Below are positions 54,174 through 62,237 of a stretch of 64,000 bases of DNA, one piece after another (the stretch's first letter is position 1; each line of letters begins with the position of its first letter). The notes under the pieces are model-generated. The model saw only the letters and a program-made list of their open reading frames with translations. It was not told where the DNA came from and ran no database searches. This DNA comes from an uncultured Candidatus Saccharibacteria bacterium (GTDB lineage Bacteria; Patescibacteriota; Saccharimonadia; Saccharimonadales; UBA7683). The translations under genes and the position numbers were made by a program. The stretch is from assembly GCA_964632215.1 (NCBI GenBank), contig CAZWBG010000001.1, positions 495,863 to 559,862 of the forward strand. The letters run 5' to 3'.

Positions 54174-54701
54174 ATGAACGATGAAACAAATAATGCTCAG
54201 AGGTTAGCCAAAAATTTTGTTTTAACTTTTGTAGCACTTGTCATAGTAGCGTTTCTTGCATTGGTTGCTAACCTGCGGCACGATGTGCCCAAACAAAACA
54301 CACCGTCGCACACTGCATCGAAAGAACAAAGAACACAAGCCACTAGGATTGAACAAGAAGTAAGAACCGAAACCATTCCGTATGGTAGACACACCGTGAA
54401 CGACGACAATATAACATACAGGCAAAAACGACTCCGCACAGCTGGCATAGCTGGTGTTAAGGCATATACGTATGAGGTTACATATACTGATGGCCAGGAA
54501 ACTACTCGTAGGTTGATCAGAGAAGAGGTCACTCGACAACCCACCAATGAAGTAACTGTAGTAGGTACAAAAACCACATGGAGCTGCATAGACGTCACGT
54601 CGCATGACTATAACTGGAGTAATGACATGTTGTGTATTACGTCTGACGGCAGAACACAATACACAAGCTACTCTGGGGCCAGAAGTCTAAAACGATTGTA
54701 A
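54174..54701 (+). CDS. Membrane-anchored G5-domain protein
   Basis: N-terminal TM helix. G5-type segment ETIPYGRHTVNDDNITYRQKRLRTAGIAGVKAYTYEVTYTDGQETTRRLIREEVTRQPTNEVTVVGTK. Short Cys-containing C-terminal tail. Confidence 0.7.
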   Translation: MNDETNNAQRLAKNFVLTFVALVIVAFLALVANLRHDVPKQNTPSHTASKEQRTQATRIEQEVRTETIPYGRHTVNDDNITYRQKRLRTAGIAGVKAYTYEVTYTDGQETTRRLIREEVTRQPTNEVTVVGTKTTWSCIDVTSHDYNWSNDMLCITSDGRTQYTSYSGARSLKRL

Positions 54702-54801
54702 GTTATATCAGACTCACGGCATGCCAGCTAGACACCGATTGGTTCAATTTTGGATTATATTACCAAGAAAAAATGAGCACCGTTTGGTGATCAACTTTTC
54801 T

Positions 54802-54878
54802 TGGTAGCAGCGACTGGAATTGAACCAGTGACCTCGAGCTTATGAGTCTCGCGCTCTAACCAACTGAGCTACGCTGCC
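54802..54878 (-). tRNA. tRNA with CAU anticodon (elongator Met most likely; Ile2 not excluded)
   Basis: 77-nt cloverleaf read by hand. GGCAGCG/CGCTGCT acceptor with G1-U72, D arm GCTC..GAGC, loop CTCATAA, T arm ACTGG-TTCAATT-CCAGT, encoded CCA. It lacks the initiator features (no three G-C pairs in the anticodon stem). Confidence 0.85.
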
Positions 54879-54905
54879 GTATGATTTTGATCTTAAAATA
54901 TGAAA

Positions 54906-54943
54906 AGACCGCGATCTAGGTTACCGACCTAGAAACGCGGTCT
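54906..54943 (-). terminator. Strong terminator hairpin downstream of the 41-aa ORF
   Basis: AGACCGCG-A-TCTAGG / CCTAGA-AA-CGCGGTCT, 14 bp with a small internal loop. A T-rich tract follows on the minus strand. Confidence 0.7.
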
Positions 54944-54990
54944 ACTATAGCAGATTTGACCCGTAAGAGCCAGATCTGTCGGCTAAAGTT

Positions 54991-55116
54991 CTAACAAAAT
55001 GCGCAACCTTCGTCGTCTGCCTTTTCCTGTTGCTTTTTCTTAATATCTACGTCGACAACCTTTTTAGTGACTTTGCTGTCGATATATCGCACATTAATTT
55101 TTTTTGGTTTGGTCAT
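54991..55116 (-). CDS. Candidate small protein (41 aa, Lys-rich, C-terminal CAFC)
   Basis: Not in the track. AAGGAG lies 10 nt upstream of ATG 55116. Translation: MTKPKKINVRYIDSKVTKKVVDVDIKKKQQEKADDEGCAFC. Followed by the terminator. Confidence 0.4.
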   Translation of the reverse strand: MTKPKKINVRYIDSKVTKKVVDVDIKKKQQEKADDEGCAFC

Positions 55117-55215
55117 GTTATGTCCGCTCCTTTTTTATATTATTTTTGTTGTATATGTTTGTAACAACAATTACTATACTAGCATAAGCTTTTTAAATTG
55201 TCAAGTATATGCTGG

Positions 55216-57900
55216 TTAATTCTCTTTACCGAGGAGATCTAGCGGCTTGTTGAGTAGTTTCATAATAAGTACCAGTGCTATACTCATACCCGCTATATAC
55301 AGCCATGGCTGATGACCAAACGGCACAACCTCGAAGACTTTTGCAAACTGCGGAATGTAGATAACGCTCAATTGGAGTAGTAATGAGGCAACAATAGCAA
55401 CTGTCAGCAGCGGGTTACTGAACCAGGCAATTTTGTAGTCTGTTCGAATATCAACCAAACGCACCAGCTCGAACACTACCATACCTGTAAAGACAACCGA
55501 AGTAGCAATCTCGGCTGGCATAGTTTTATACAGCGTTAGCAGAGCAATGGTCATCAGCGTACCGAAAATAAAGATTTCAAACCACGTTCGCTTATTAATA
55601 ATTGCCTCTTGGTACTTGCTTGGCAGGTGCTTCATGATAGTCTTAGCTGCTGGATCAGAGCCCAATGCAATGGCCGGCAAACCGTCGGTCACAATATTAA
55701 TAAAGAGTATCTGAGAAGGGCTAAGCAGCAGTTTACGGGCAAAAATAATACCCGCAAGTATAGTTAATACTTCAGCAATATTAGCTGAGAGTAAAAAGTT
55801 GACGAACTTACGAACATTATCGTAGATACCTCGACCCTCTTCAATTGCTTTAATAATGGTTGTGAACTGATCGTCGAGCAAGATAAGGTCCGCCGCCTCT
55901 TTAGTGACATCAGTACCAGTGATACCCATCGCTATACCAATATCTGCGGCCTTAATGGCTGGCGCATCATTCACGCCGTCGCCTGTCATAGCCACCTGGT
56001 GACCATGCTTTTTAAGAGCCTGTACGATACGAATTTTATGTTCTGGATTCACCCTTGCATACACACCAAGCGTTTCCACGCGGCGCTCAAACTCACTCTG
56101 CGAGAGCTTGTCGAGCTCCATACCTGTAATTGAATTTCCTTTTATACCGAGCTGCAAGGCTATGGCCCGAGCAGTATCAATATGGTCGCCTGTAATCATA
56201 ACGACGCGCATACCAGCCTCGGCCTGGACACGCTCAATCACTGCTGCCACTTCGCGGCGAGGCGGGTCTATCATGGCTTGCAGACCAACAAACGTGAGGC
56301 CTGTTTCCGCAGACTGGGCCTTTTGTGGCAAAGTTTTTTCTTCTTTTATGGCAAAAGCGAGGACCCGAAGAGCTTCTTGGGCAAAGCTCTTATTTGCCGC
56401 CTCAATCTTTTTACGATGTGCTGGGGTTAAGGCTACGCGTTTGCCACCCTGCAACACATGACTACAGTGTTCTAAAAGTACGTCTGGCGCACCCTTGGCG
56501 GTTACTAAGTACCCCTGCTTGCTCTTTTGTATGGTGCTCATCATCTTGCGGTCTGAAGTAAATGGAAATTCCTTAACACGCGGATACAGCTGCTGGAGCT
56601 CGTGGTACTCTATTTTGCCTTTTGCAGCACTAATGAGCAATGAACCCTCGGTAGGGTCGCCAATGACCTTACCGTGCTTCAGGTGGGCATTATTACAGAG
56701 AGCACCCGCCGTAAAAAGCTGATTAAGCGATGTTTCTGATAAAGCAGCTGATCTGATGATTTTACCTGCGGTACCATAGCCCTCGCCCTCAACTTCCACA
56801 ATTTGGTCTTCTACATATAGTTTGCGGACGGTCATTTCACCCTTGGTGAGTGTACCGGTTTTATCTGAACAGATGACATCTGTACTACCAAGCGCCTCTA
56901 CGGCTGAGAGTTTACGGACCAAAGCATTCTGCGTGGCCATGCGCCGAGCCCCGAGCGCCAAGCTGATACGCACGACGAATGCCAAACCCTCTGGTATAGC
57001 TGCTACAGCCAAAGCCACAGCGGCCGTAAAGGAGAAGATGAGACGCGAGGCTAAGTTCTGTGAGAGCGCTTGTTTGTCGAAAAAGAGTTCAACCAAAAAA
57101 ACGACTACACACAAAATAATGACTATAATACCGAGTTTCTTGCCCAAAGCGTCGAGTTTACGCTGCATAGGTGTTGGTTCGCTCTCGACGCCATCAACTA
57201 ATTGGGCAATTTTGCCGAGTTGCGTGGAGCCACCAGTTTCTACCACCACCGCTACACCCGTTCCGCTACTTACATAAGTACCGCTAAAAAGCATGTTTCT
57301 CTGATCACCCAACGCAAGTGTCTGACCCAATTGCTCACTGTCTTTATCTGCTACGCTCGATTCACCAGTTAAACTAGCCTCGTTTACCATCAGGGTTTCG
57401 GCCAAGAGCAGGCGCATATCGGCTGGTATTTTCTGGCCTTCTTCAATTATGACGATATCACCAGGTACTAAATCTTCAACATCAATCTCAATAACATGCC
57501 CACCACGCTTAACTTTTGTGCGGTACGCAACCAACGAACGCAGAGCCTCAACCGTTTTTTCTGCTCGGTATTCATTAAAGAAACCAACTATCGCAATAGC
57601 AAACACAATGGCATAGATCAGCAAAGATTCGGTCGAAGCGTGCCCGGATTCAATAAATCCAAGCACTAGTGACACGCTTGCAGCTAGTAGTAGAATAATG
57701 ATCAAGACGTCTTTAAACTGGCCAAAAAAGATCTTGAAGACCGAGGCACCCTTGGTAGACTCTAACCGATTATTGCCAAAATGCGCCAATCTGCTACTCA
57801 CCTCAGCAGGTGCCAGTCCTTGTTCTATATCAGTATCTAGGGCCCCTACAACTTCCTTCGAGGACTGATTATACCAATGTTGTTTTTGTATTTTGTCCAT
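55216..57900 (-). CDS. P-type cation-transporting ATPase (P2/Ca2+-type)
   Basis: 894 aa. N-terminal cation-ATPase segment (GLAPAEVSSRLAHFGNNRLE), DKTGTLT phosphorylation site, TGDGVNDAPA hinge, about 10 TM helices. Confidence 0.93.
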   Translation of the reverse strand: MDKIQKQHWYNQSSKEVVGALDTDIEQGLAPAEVSSRLAHFGNNRLESTKGASVFKIFFGQFKDVLIIILLLAASVSLVLGFIESGHASTESLLIYAIVFAIAIVGFFNEYRAEKTVEALRSLVAYRTKVKRGGHVIEIDVEDLVPGDIVIIEEGQKIPADMRLLLAETLMVNEASLTGESSVADKDSEQLGQTLALGDQRNMLFSGTYVSSGTGVAVVVETGGSTQLGKIAQLVDGVESEPTPMQRKLDALGKKLGIIVIILCVVVFLVELFFDKQALSQNLASRLIFSFTAAVALAVAAIPEGLAFVVRISLALGARRMATQNALVRKLSAVEALGSTDVICSDKTGTLTKGEMTVRKLYVEDQIVEVEGEGYGTAGKIIRSAALSETSLNQLFTAGALCNNAHLKHGKVIGDPTEGSLLISAAKGKIEYHELQQLYPRVKEFPFTSDRKMMSTIQKSKQGYLVTAKGAPDVLLEHCSHVLQGGKRVALTPAHRKKIEAANKSFAQEALRVLAFAIKEEKTLPQKAQSAETGLTFVGLQAMIDPPRREVAAVIERVQAEAGMRVVMITGDHIDTARAIALQLGIKGNSITGMELDKLSQSEFERRVETLGVYARVNPEHKIRIVQALKKHGHQVAMTGDGVNDAPAIKAADIGIAMGITGTDVTKEAADLILLDDQFTTIIKAIEEGRGIYDNVRKFVNFLLSANIAEVLTILAGIIFARKLLLSPSQILFINIVTDGLPAIALGSDPAAKTIMKHLPSKYQEAIINKRTWFEIFIFGTLMTIALLTLYKTMPAEIATSVVFTGMVVFELVRLVDIRTDYKIAWFSNPLLTVAIVASLLLQLSVIYIPQFAKVFEVVPFGHQPWLYIAGMSIALVLIMKLLNKPLDLLGKEN

Positions 57901-57946
57901 GCTTATTAATATGGTACACTGAGTTCAAGCATAAGGAAAATAAAAA

Positions 57947-58813
57947 ATGATACTATTTCTAGCCAGCATTGATCTAGAACAAACAATTGCACAGCAATCT
58001 AAGACGGTTGTTTTGGTCGCAGCAGCACTACTTGCGCTGCTTGTTGTGCTTTCCGTAATCCTGCACAATCGGGCACCAAAACTTAACCCTTGGCTATTTG
58101 GAGCCATTAGCCTGACTATGATACTACCGACGCTCTTCTTGGTGGTGAGCACGGTGTATTTAAATGTAAAATCCGAATCTGGTGGCCCTATTCACTGGCA
58201 TGCAGATATTGAACTCTGGGCCTGTGATACCCAGCTCAACCTTCGAGATCCTAAAGGTGCTCTCAACAATAAAATTGGTACTCCAACACTGCACGAACAT
58301 AATGACAAACGTATACATCTTGAGGGCGTCGCGGTAGATATCTCTCGTGATGCTTCTGTTGGTAAATTTATGGAAGTAGTTGGTGGTGAAATTACTGACA
58401 AAAGCTTTACTATTCCTCTGAACGAAGCGGATATTGCAAGCCTGCCTGCTCAGATTGGCACGTTTGTAGAGACCGCTAGCTCTGGACCAAGTGCAACCTT
58501 TATAACTGGGCAAAACTGTGGTGACCAAACCGCCGAGGTGCAAATGTTTGCCTACCGCTTTGATCAAGCTACCAATACCTACTCTCAGCAAAAAGTAGAG
58601 CACCCTGCTCAGTGGGTCATTGCACCTGAAAGCCAAGTACCTCCTGGAGATTGTTTGATCGTTGAATTTGGTGCACCAAAAGAGCGTACTGATAGACTCT
58701 GCGCCCAGTACGGTGTACGAGATAAACACCGCTGCCAAGAGTTTGGCGTAAAACCCGACAAGCTTGATGTGTGTGACATTGAAGAAGTACCCCATGGAGG
58801 CAATGATGTTTGA
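57947..58813 (+). CDS. Membrane-anchored extracytoplasmic Cys/His-containing protein, unknown function
   Basis: 288 aa with two N-terminal TM helices. The exported domain has HWHADIELWAC and HEHNDKRIH segments and seven Cys. Its stop overlaps the start of the ccdA-like gene. Confidence 0.6.
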   Translation: MILFLASIDLEQTIAQQSKTVVLVAAALLALLVVLSVILHNRAPKLNPWLFGAISLTMILPTLFLVVSTVYLNVKSESGGPIHWHADIELWACDTQLNLRDPKGALNNKIGTPTLHEHNDKRIHLEGVAVDISRDASVGKFMEVVGGEITDKSFTIPLNEADIASLPAQIGTFVETASSGPSATFITGQNCGDQTAEVQMFAYRFDQATNTYSQQKVEHPAQWVIAPESQVPPGDCLIVEFGAPKERTDRLCAQYGVRDKHRCQEFGVKPDKLDVCDIEEVPHGGNDV

Positions 58814-59510
58814 TCTGCCTACACTCGCCCTAGTCATCGGCTCAGCCGCGATTGACTCTATTAACCCGTGTGCTATTGGTGTACTTATCTTGATGGTCTC
58901 GGTGGTTCTTGGTACTGGCAAATCACCCCGCCGACTCCTGCTACTTGGTGGTGCTTACATTTTCGCCATATTTGCAACCTACCTCATAGCTGGGCTTGGA
59001 CTCATTTACTTCTTTAGCGAAGTACCAATTGTAGTTGCCGAATACTTAAGTATCGCTGTGGCAATGCTCGTGATTCTCGCTGGAATTTTAGAAATTAAAG
59101 ACTACTTCTGGTACGGCAAAGGTCCAAGCCTGCACATACCAGCTAAGTTTGCTAAAAAGATCCAAGAGATGAGTGGTGGTGCAACCAGCGTTGTAAGTGT
59201 GATGCTGCTGGGTGTCTTCGTAGCCGCGGTAGAATTGCCGTGCACAGGTGCACCGTACTTAGCCATCATTACCATACTAAGAATTGATTTCAACTTCCAG
59301 GCCTTGATGCTCATGGTGCTCTACAACCTCATCTTTGTTCTACCACTGATTGTTATTCTCATCATGATCGCCGGTGGTGCCAAACTCAGCTCAGTCAAAT
59401 CTTGGAAGGAAGAAAAGAAGGGTACTATGCGCCTGATGGTCGGCGTCCTACTCGCAGCGCTTGGCTGGCTCCTCATATTAATTGCAAACGGTACCATTAA
59501 TTTTGGGTAA
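58803..59510 (+). CDS. CcdA/DsbD-family thiol-disulfide electron transporter
   Basis: Six TM helices with the two conserved membrane Cys motifs SINPCAIGVL and ELPCTGAPYL. The track start 58764 lies inside the upstream gene. Confidence 0.8.
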   Translation: MMFDLPTLALVIGSAAIDSINPCAIGVLILMVSVVLGTGKSPRRLLLLGGAYIFAIFATYLIAGLGLIYFFSEVPIVVAEYLSIAVAMLVILAGILEIKDYFWYGKGPSLHIPAKFAKKIQEMSGGATSVVSVMLLGVFVAAVELPCTGAPYLAIITILRIDFNFQALMLMVLYNLIFVLPLIVILIMIAGGAKLSSVKSWKEEKKGTMRLMVGVLLAALGWLLILIANGTINFG

Positions 59511-59512
59511 TC

Positions 59513-59782
59513 ATGCACAGAGTTATTAAAAAGGCTAAACACACCGAACACTACCAACACCAGAAACTCTACGGCAGTATTCACAGTGCTTGCCTCAGTG
59601 TTGGTGAATTTGTCGGCTCAGCTGAAGTAACGGCTGAAAATGTCTGTCGAGAAGTAGAAGTTTGGTTAAGTAAGAAATATGAGATAACATCTTCTGATAT
59701 CCGCCGTGTCGCTGGTGAATTCCTCCAAGCCTACAATCCTTCGGCTGCCTATATTTACGTAACGCATAACGATATAAATTAA
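59513..59782 (+). CDS. Stand-alone ATP-cone-like domain protein
   Basis: 89 aa. RVIKKAKHTEHYQHQKLYGSIHSA...ITSSDIRRVAGEFL follows the ATP-cone pattern (VIKRDG..E.F...KI..SI..A ... I...V). Starts 2 nt after the ccdA-like stop. Confidence 0.5.
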   Translation: MHRVIKKAKHTEHYQHQKLYGSIHSACLSVGEFVGSAEVTAENVCREVEVWLSKKYEITSSDIRRVAGEFLQAYNPSAAYIYVTHNDIN

Positions 59783-59789
59783 GGGGTAC

Positions 59790-61175
59790 ATGGTGGGAAA
59801 AAAATCAACATACGACTATGATTTACTCATAATAGGTAGCGGCGCTGGTGGTAGCGTAGCGGCTCATATTGCTGCTAAGCAAGGTAGGCGCGTGGCAATT
59901 GTAGAAGCTGAATATATCGGCGGTGAATGCCCCAACATAGGTTGCGTACCGACCAAGGCCTTGCTGCATGCTGCCGAGATCTACGAAGCTACCAAGAACG
60001 GTGGGAAGTTTGGCATACGTGGCAGCACAGTTGGATACAACTACCCCACCATCAAGGCTTGGAAAGATCTAGCTGTTAAACGCACCGGGACCTACTTGGG
60101 TGAAGAAATGTACCACGAAGAAGGTATTATGTTCATCCGTGGCAACGCCCACTTCATAGACCCCCATACTATTACCATCGGCAAAGCTCGTTTTAGCGCT
60201 CAGAACTTTCTGATTGCAACGGGATCAAAGATAAGTGTTCCACCCATTTCTGGGCTAGAAAAAACTGGCTATCTCACCTACCGTGAGGCTATTGACCTGA
60301 AACGACCACCTCGAAGCCTAGCTATTATTGGCGGTGGCGCCATTGGCTGTGAGTTTGCGCAGCTGTTTGCTATCTTTGGCACTAAAATTTACATAATAGA
60401 TGCTGCCAAGAGGCTACTTTCACGCGAGGATGCAGCGGCAGGAGAATTCTTGGAAAAACGCTTCCGTGAAGAGTACGGTATGCAAGTTTTTACGAGCGCC
60501 AGCGTTGAGACTGTCGAGAAAGTTGGTGCAGGCAAGCAAGTACGCCTGAAAGTTGATGGCAAAAAACACTCTATTCAGGTGGAAGACATACTCATTGCCA
60601 CCGGCAAGCGTGGTGTGGTAGATATCGGCCTAGAAAACGCTGGTGTTGCCTACGAACACGATAGTATTACCGTCAACCAACACTTGCAAACTACGGCTCC
60701 GCACATTTATGCAGCTGGAGACTGTGTTGGCCCTTATCAATTTACACATACTGCTACCTACCAAAGCCGAATCGTAGCCTATAATCTCTTGCACCCTCGG
60801 AAGAAGCGTTCGGTTGATTACCGCGCCGTGCCACGCTGTATCTTTACCAATCCAGAGATTGCCAGTGTTGGATTAACCGAAGAGGAACTAAAGACTCAGG
60901 GTGCTAGTTATAAAGCTGCCACAGCTTCCATAACCGTCGTTGGGCGAGCCAATACCGCAGATGTTGACGACGGCTTTGTAAAAGTCTTGTCCGATAAGAA
61001 AACTGGCATCTTACTTGGGGCCACTATTGCTAGCCCTCACGCTGGTGAGATGATCCACGAGCTTGCAGTAGCTGTGCAAAACCGACTCACGGCCGAGGCC
61101 ATTACCGAGACCATTCACGCCTTCCCTACGTGGTCAGAAGCAGTGCGAGTAGCCTGTAATAAGCTACTTCGTTAG
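59790..61175 (+). CDS. FAD-dependent pyridine nucleotide-disulfide oxidoreductase (Lpd / glutathione-reductase family)
   Basis: GSGAGGS FAD site, redox-active GGECPNIGCVPTK, second GGGAIGCE dinucleotide site, C-terminal HAFPTWSE interface motif. Confidence 0.9.
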   Translation: MVGKKSTYDYDLLIIGSGAGGSVAAHIAAKQGRRVAIVEAEYIGGECPNIGCVPTKALLHAAEIYEATKNGGKFGIRGSTVGYNYPTIKAWKDLAVKRTGTYLGEEMYHEEGIMFIRGNAHFIDPHTITIGKARFSAQNFLIATGSKISVPPISGLEKTGYLTYREAIDLKRPPRSLAIIGGGAIGCEFAQLFAIFGTKIYIIDAAKRLLSREDAAAGEFLEKRFREEYGMQVFTSASVETVEKVGAGKQVRLKVDGKKHSIQVEDILIATGKRGVVDIGLENAGVAYEHDSITVNQHLQTTAPHIYAAGDCVGPYQFTHTATYQSRIVAYNLLHPRKKRSVDYRAVPRCIFTNPEIASVGLTEEELKTQGASYKAATASITVVGRANTADVDDGFVKVLSDKKTGILLGATIASPHAGEMIHELAVAVQNRLTAEAITETIHAFPTWSEAVRVACNKLLR

Positions 61176-61320
61176 AGCTTATGCTCGTAAAAAATAAGTT
61201 TCTGTTATATAATCTACAAATGCAGTTGTACGTGTATGGGTCGTTTGTGTAAGCTAAGGTTCCCGCGTAACGTAAGATGGTCGAACTGCTAGAAGTTTAA
61301 ACAAAGGACATACATACATA

Positions 61321-61632
61321 ATGGCATATCGACTTTTTGTAGGCGGACTTCCATTCAGCACAACAAGTGAGGAATTGGAAAAGTTATTTGCAGAGCATGG
61401 CGCAGTAGCATCAGCTCGTGTGATAACTGATCGCGACTCAGGACGTTCAAAAGGCTTTGGTTTCGTTGAGTTTGAAAACGACGACGAAGGAAAAGCAGCT
61501 GAAAAAGCATTGAACGGCGCTGAGCTTGGCGGCCGCACATTAACGGTTAATGAAGCTCGTCCCCAAGAGGATCGTCCACGACGTGACTCTAACGGTGGTG
61601 GCGGTGGTTCATTCCGTGAACGCAGCTGGTAA
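61321..61632 (+). CDS. RRM-type RNA-binding protein with Gly/Arg tail
   Basis: RNP-2 LFVGGL and RNP-1 KGFGFVEF. C-terminal RPRRDSNGGGGGSFRERSW. Confidence 0.9.
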   Translation: MAYRLFVGGLPFSTTSEELEKLFAEHGAVASARVITDRDSGRSKGFGFVEFENDDEGKAAEKALNGAELGGRTLTVNEARPQEDRPRRDSNGGGGGSFRERSW

Positions 61633-61652
61633 TTTTTACTAGTTCGTAGAGG

Positions 61653-61680
61653 AACTCCGGATTCGTCCGGAGTTTTTTTA
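61653..61680 (+). terminator. Rho-independent terminator after the RRM gene
   Basis: AACTCCGGA-TTCG-TCCGGAGTT followed by a T-run of seven. Confidence 0.8.
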
Positions 61681-61772
61681 TACTCAAGAATAACCCGAGA
61701 AAGCATAATCTCTTTGTAAAAATAACTACGTAGGCATATACTAGAGCTATTACAATAACAGGAGGTTACATC

Positions 61773-62171
61773 ATGGGTATTACAACATTACTCGCACAGA
61801 TCACAACTACAAGTTCATCTAATGGCGATTCAGTGCTCTGGTCACTCGTTTCCATAGCTCTATCATTAGTTCTTATAGTCTCGCTCTGGGTTATCTTTAC
61901 TAAAGCAAAACATCCAGGCTGGGCGGCAATTATACCAATCTACAACATCTATGTACTACTAAAAGTTGTCGGCCGACCAGGTTGGTGGCTCTTACTTTAC
62001 CTGATCCCATTCGTAAACATTGTTGTACACCTAGTAGTGGCGATTGATTTTGCAAAAGCATTTGGCAAAAGTACTACATTCGGCGTATTTGGACTTTGGT
62101 TGTTTAGCATTATTGGCTACCCGATGCTTGCTTTTGGAGACGCACGTTACGAAGGTGCACCAAAACACTAA
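61773..62171 (+). CDS. DUF5684-like small membrane protein
   Basis: GGAGG Shine-Dalgarno sequence. IPIYNIYVLLKVVGRPGWWLLLYLIPFVNIV segment is typical of the family. Confidence 0.6.
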   Translation: MGITTLLAQITTTSSSNGDSVLWSLVSIALSLVLIVSLWVIFTKAKHPGWAAIIPIYNIYVLLKVVGRPGWWLLLYLIPFVNIVVHLVVAIDFAKAFGKSTTFGVFGLWLFSIIGYPMLAFGDARYEGAPKH

Positions 62172-62196
62172 AACCACCCCTTTCGGTTTCTTTGCG

Positions 62197-62226
62197 TAGC
62201 ACGGACCTCGTCCGTGCTATTTATTT
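62197..62226. terminator. Bidirectional terminator between convergent genes
   Basis: TAGCACGGA-CCTCG-TCCGTGCTA hairpin with a T-rich 3-prime flank. Confidence 0.65.
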
Positions 62227-62237
62227 ACCTTAATTCT

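Noticed and set aside
54118-54177. 19-codon upstream ORF (MNGQQDKLVQSDIYRDRV) overlapping the G5 gene start by ATGA
   Set aside because: It is too short, has poor Shine-Dalgarno spacing and no supporting evidence. Noted only as a possible leader peptide.
58160-58921. 253-aa minus-strand ORF
   Set aside because: It is antisense to the 288-aa exoprotein gene and to the ccdA-like start. The sequence is low-complexity and Arg/Ser/Phe-rich with no motifs, whereas the plus-strand genes have clear TM and Cys motifs and translational coupling.
61254-61706. 150-aa minus-strand ORF
   Set aside because: It is antisense to the unambiguous RRM gene and spans its terminator.
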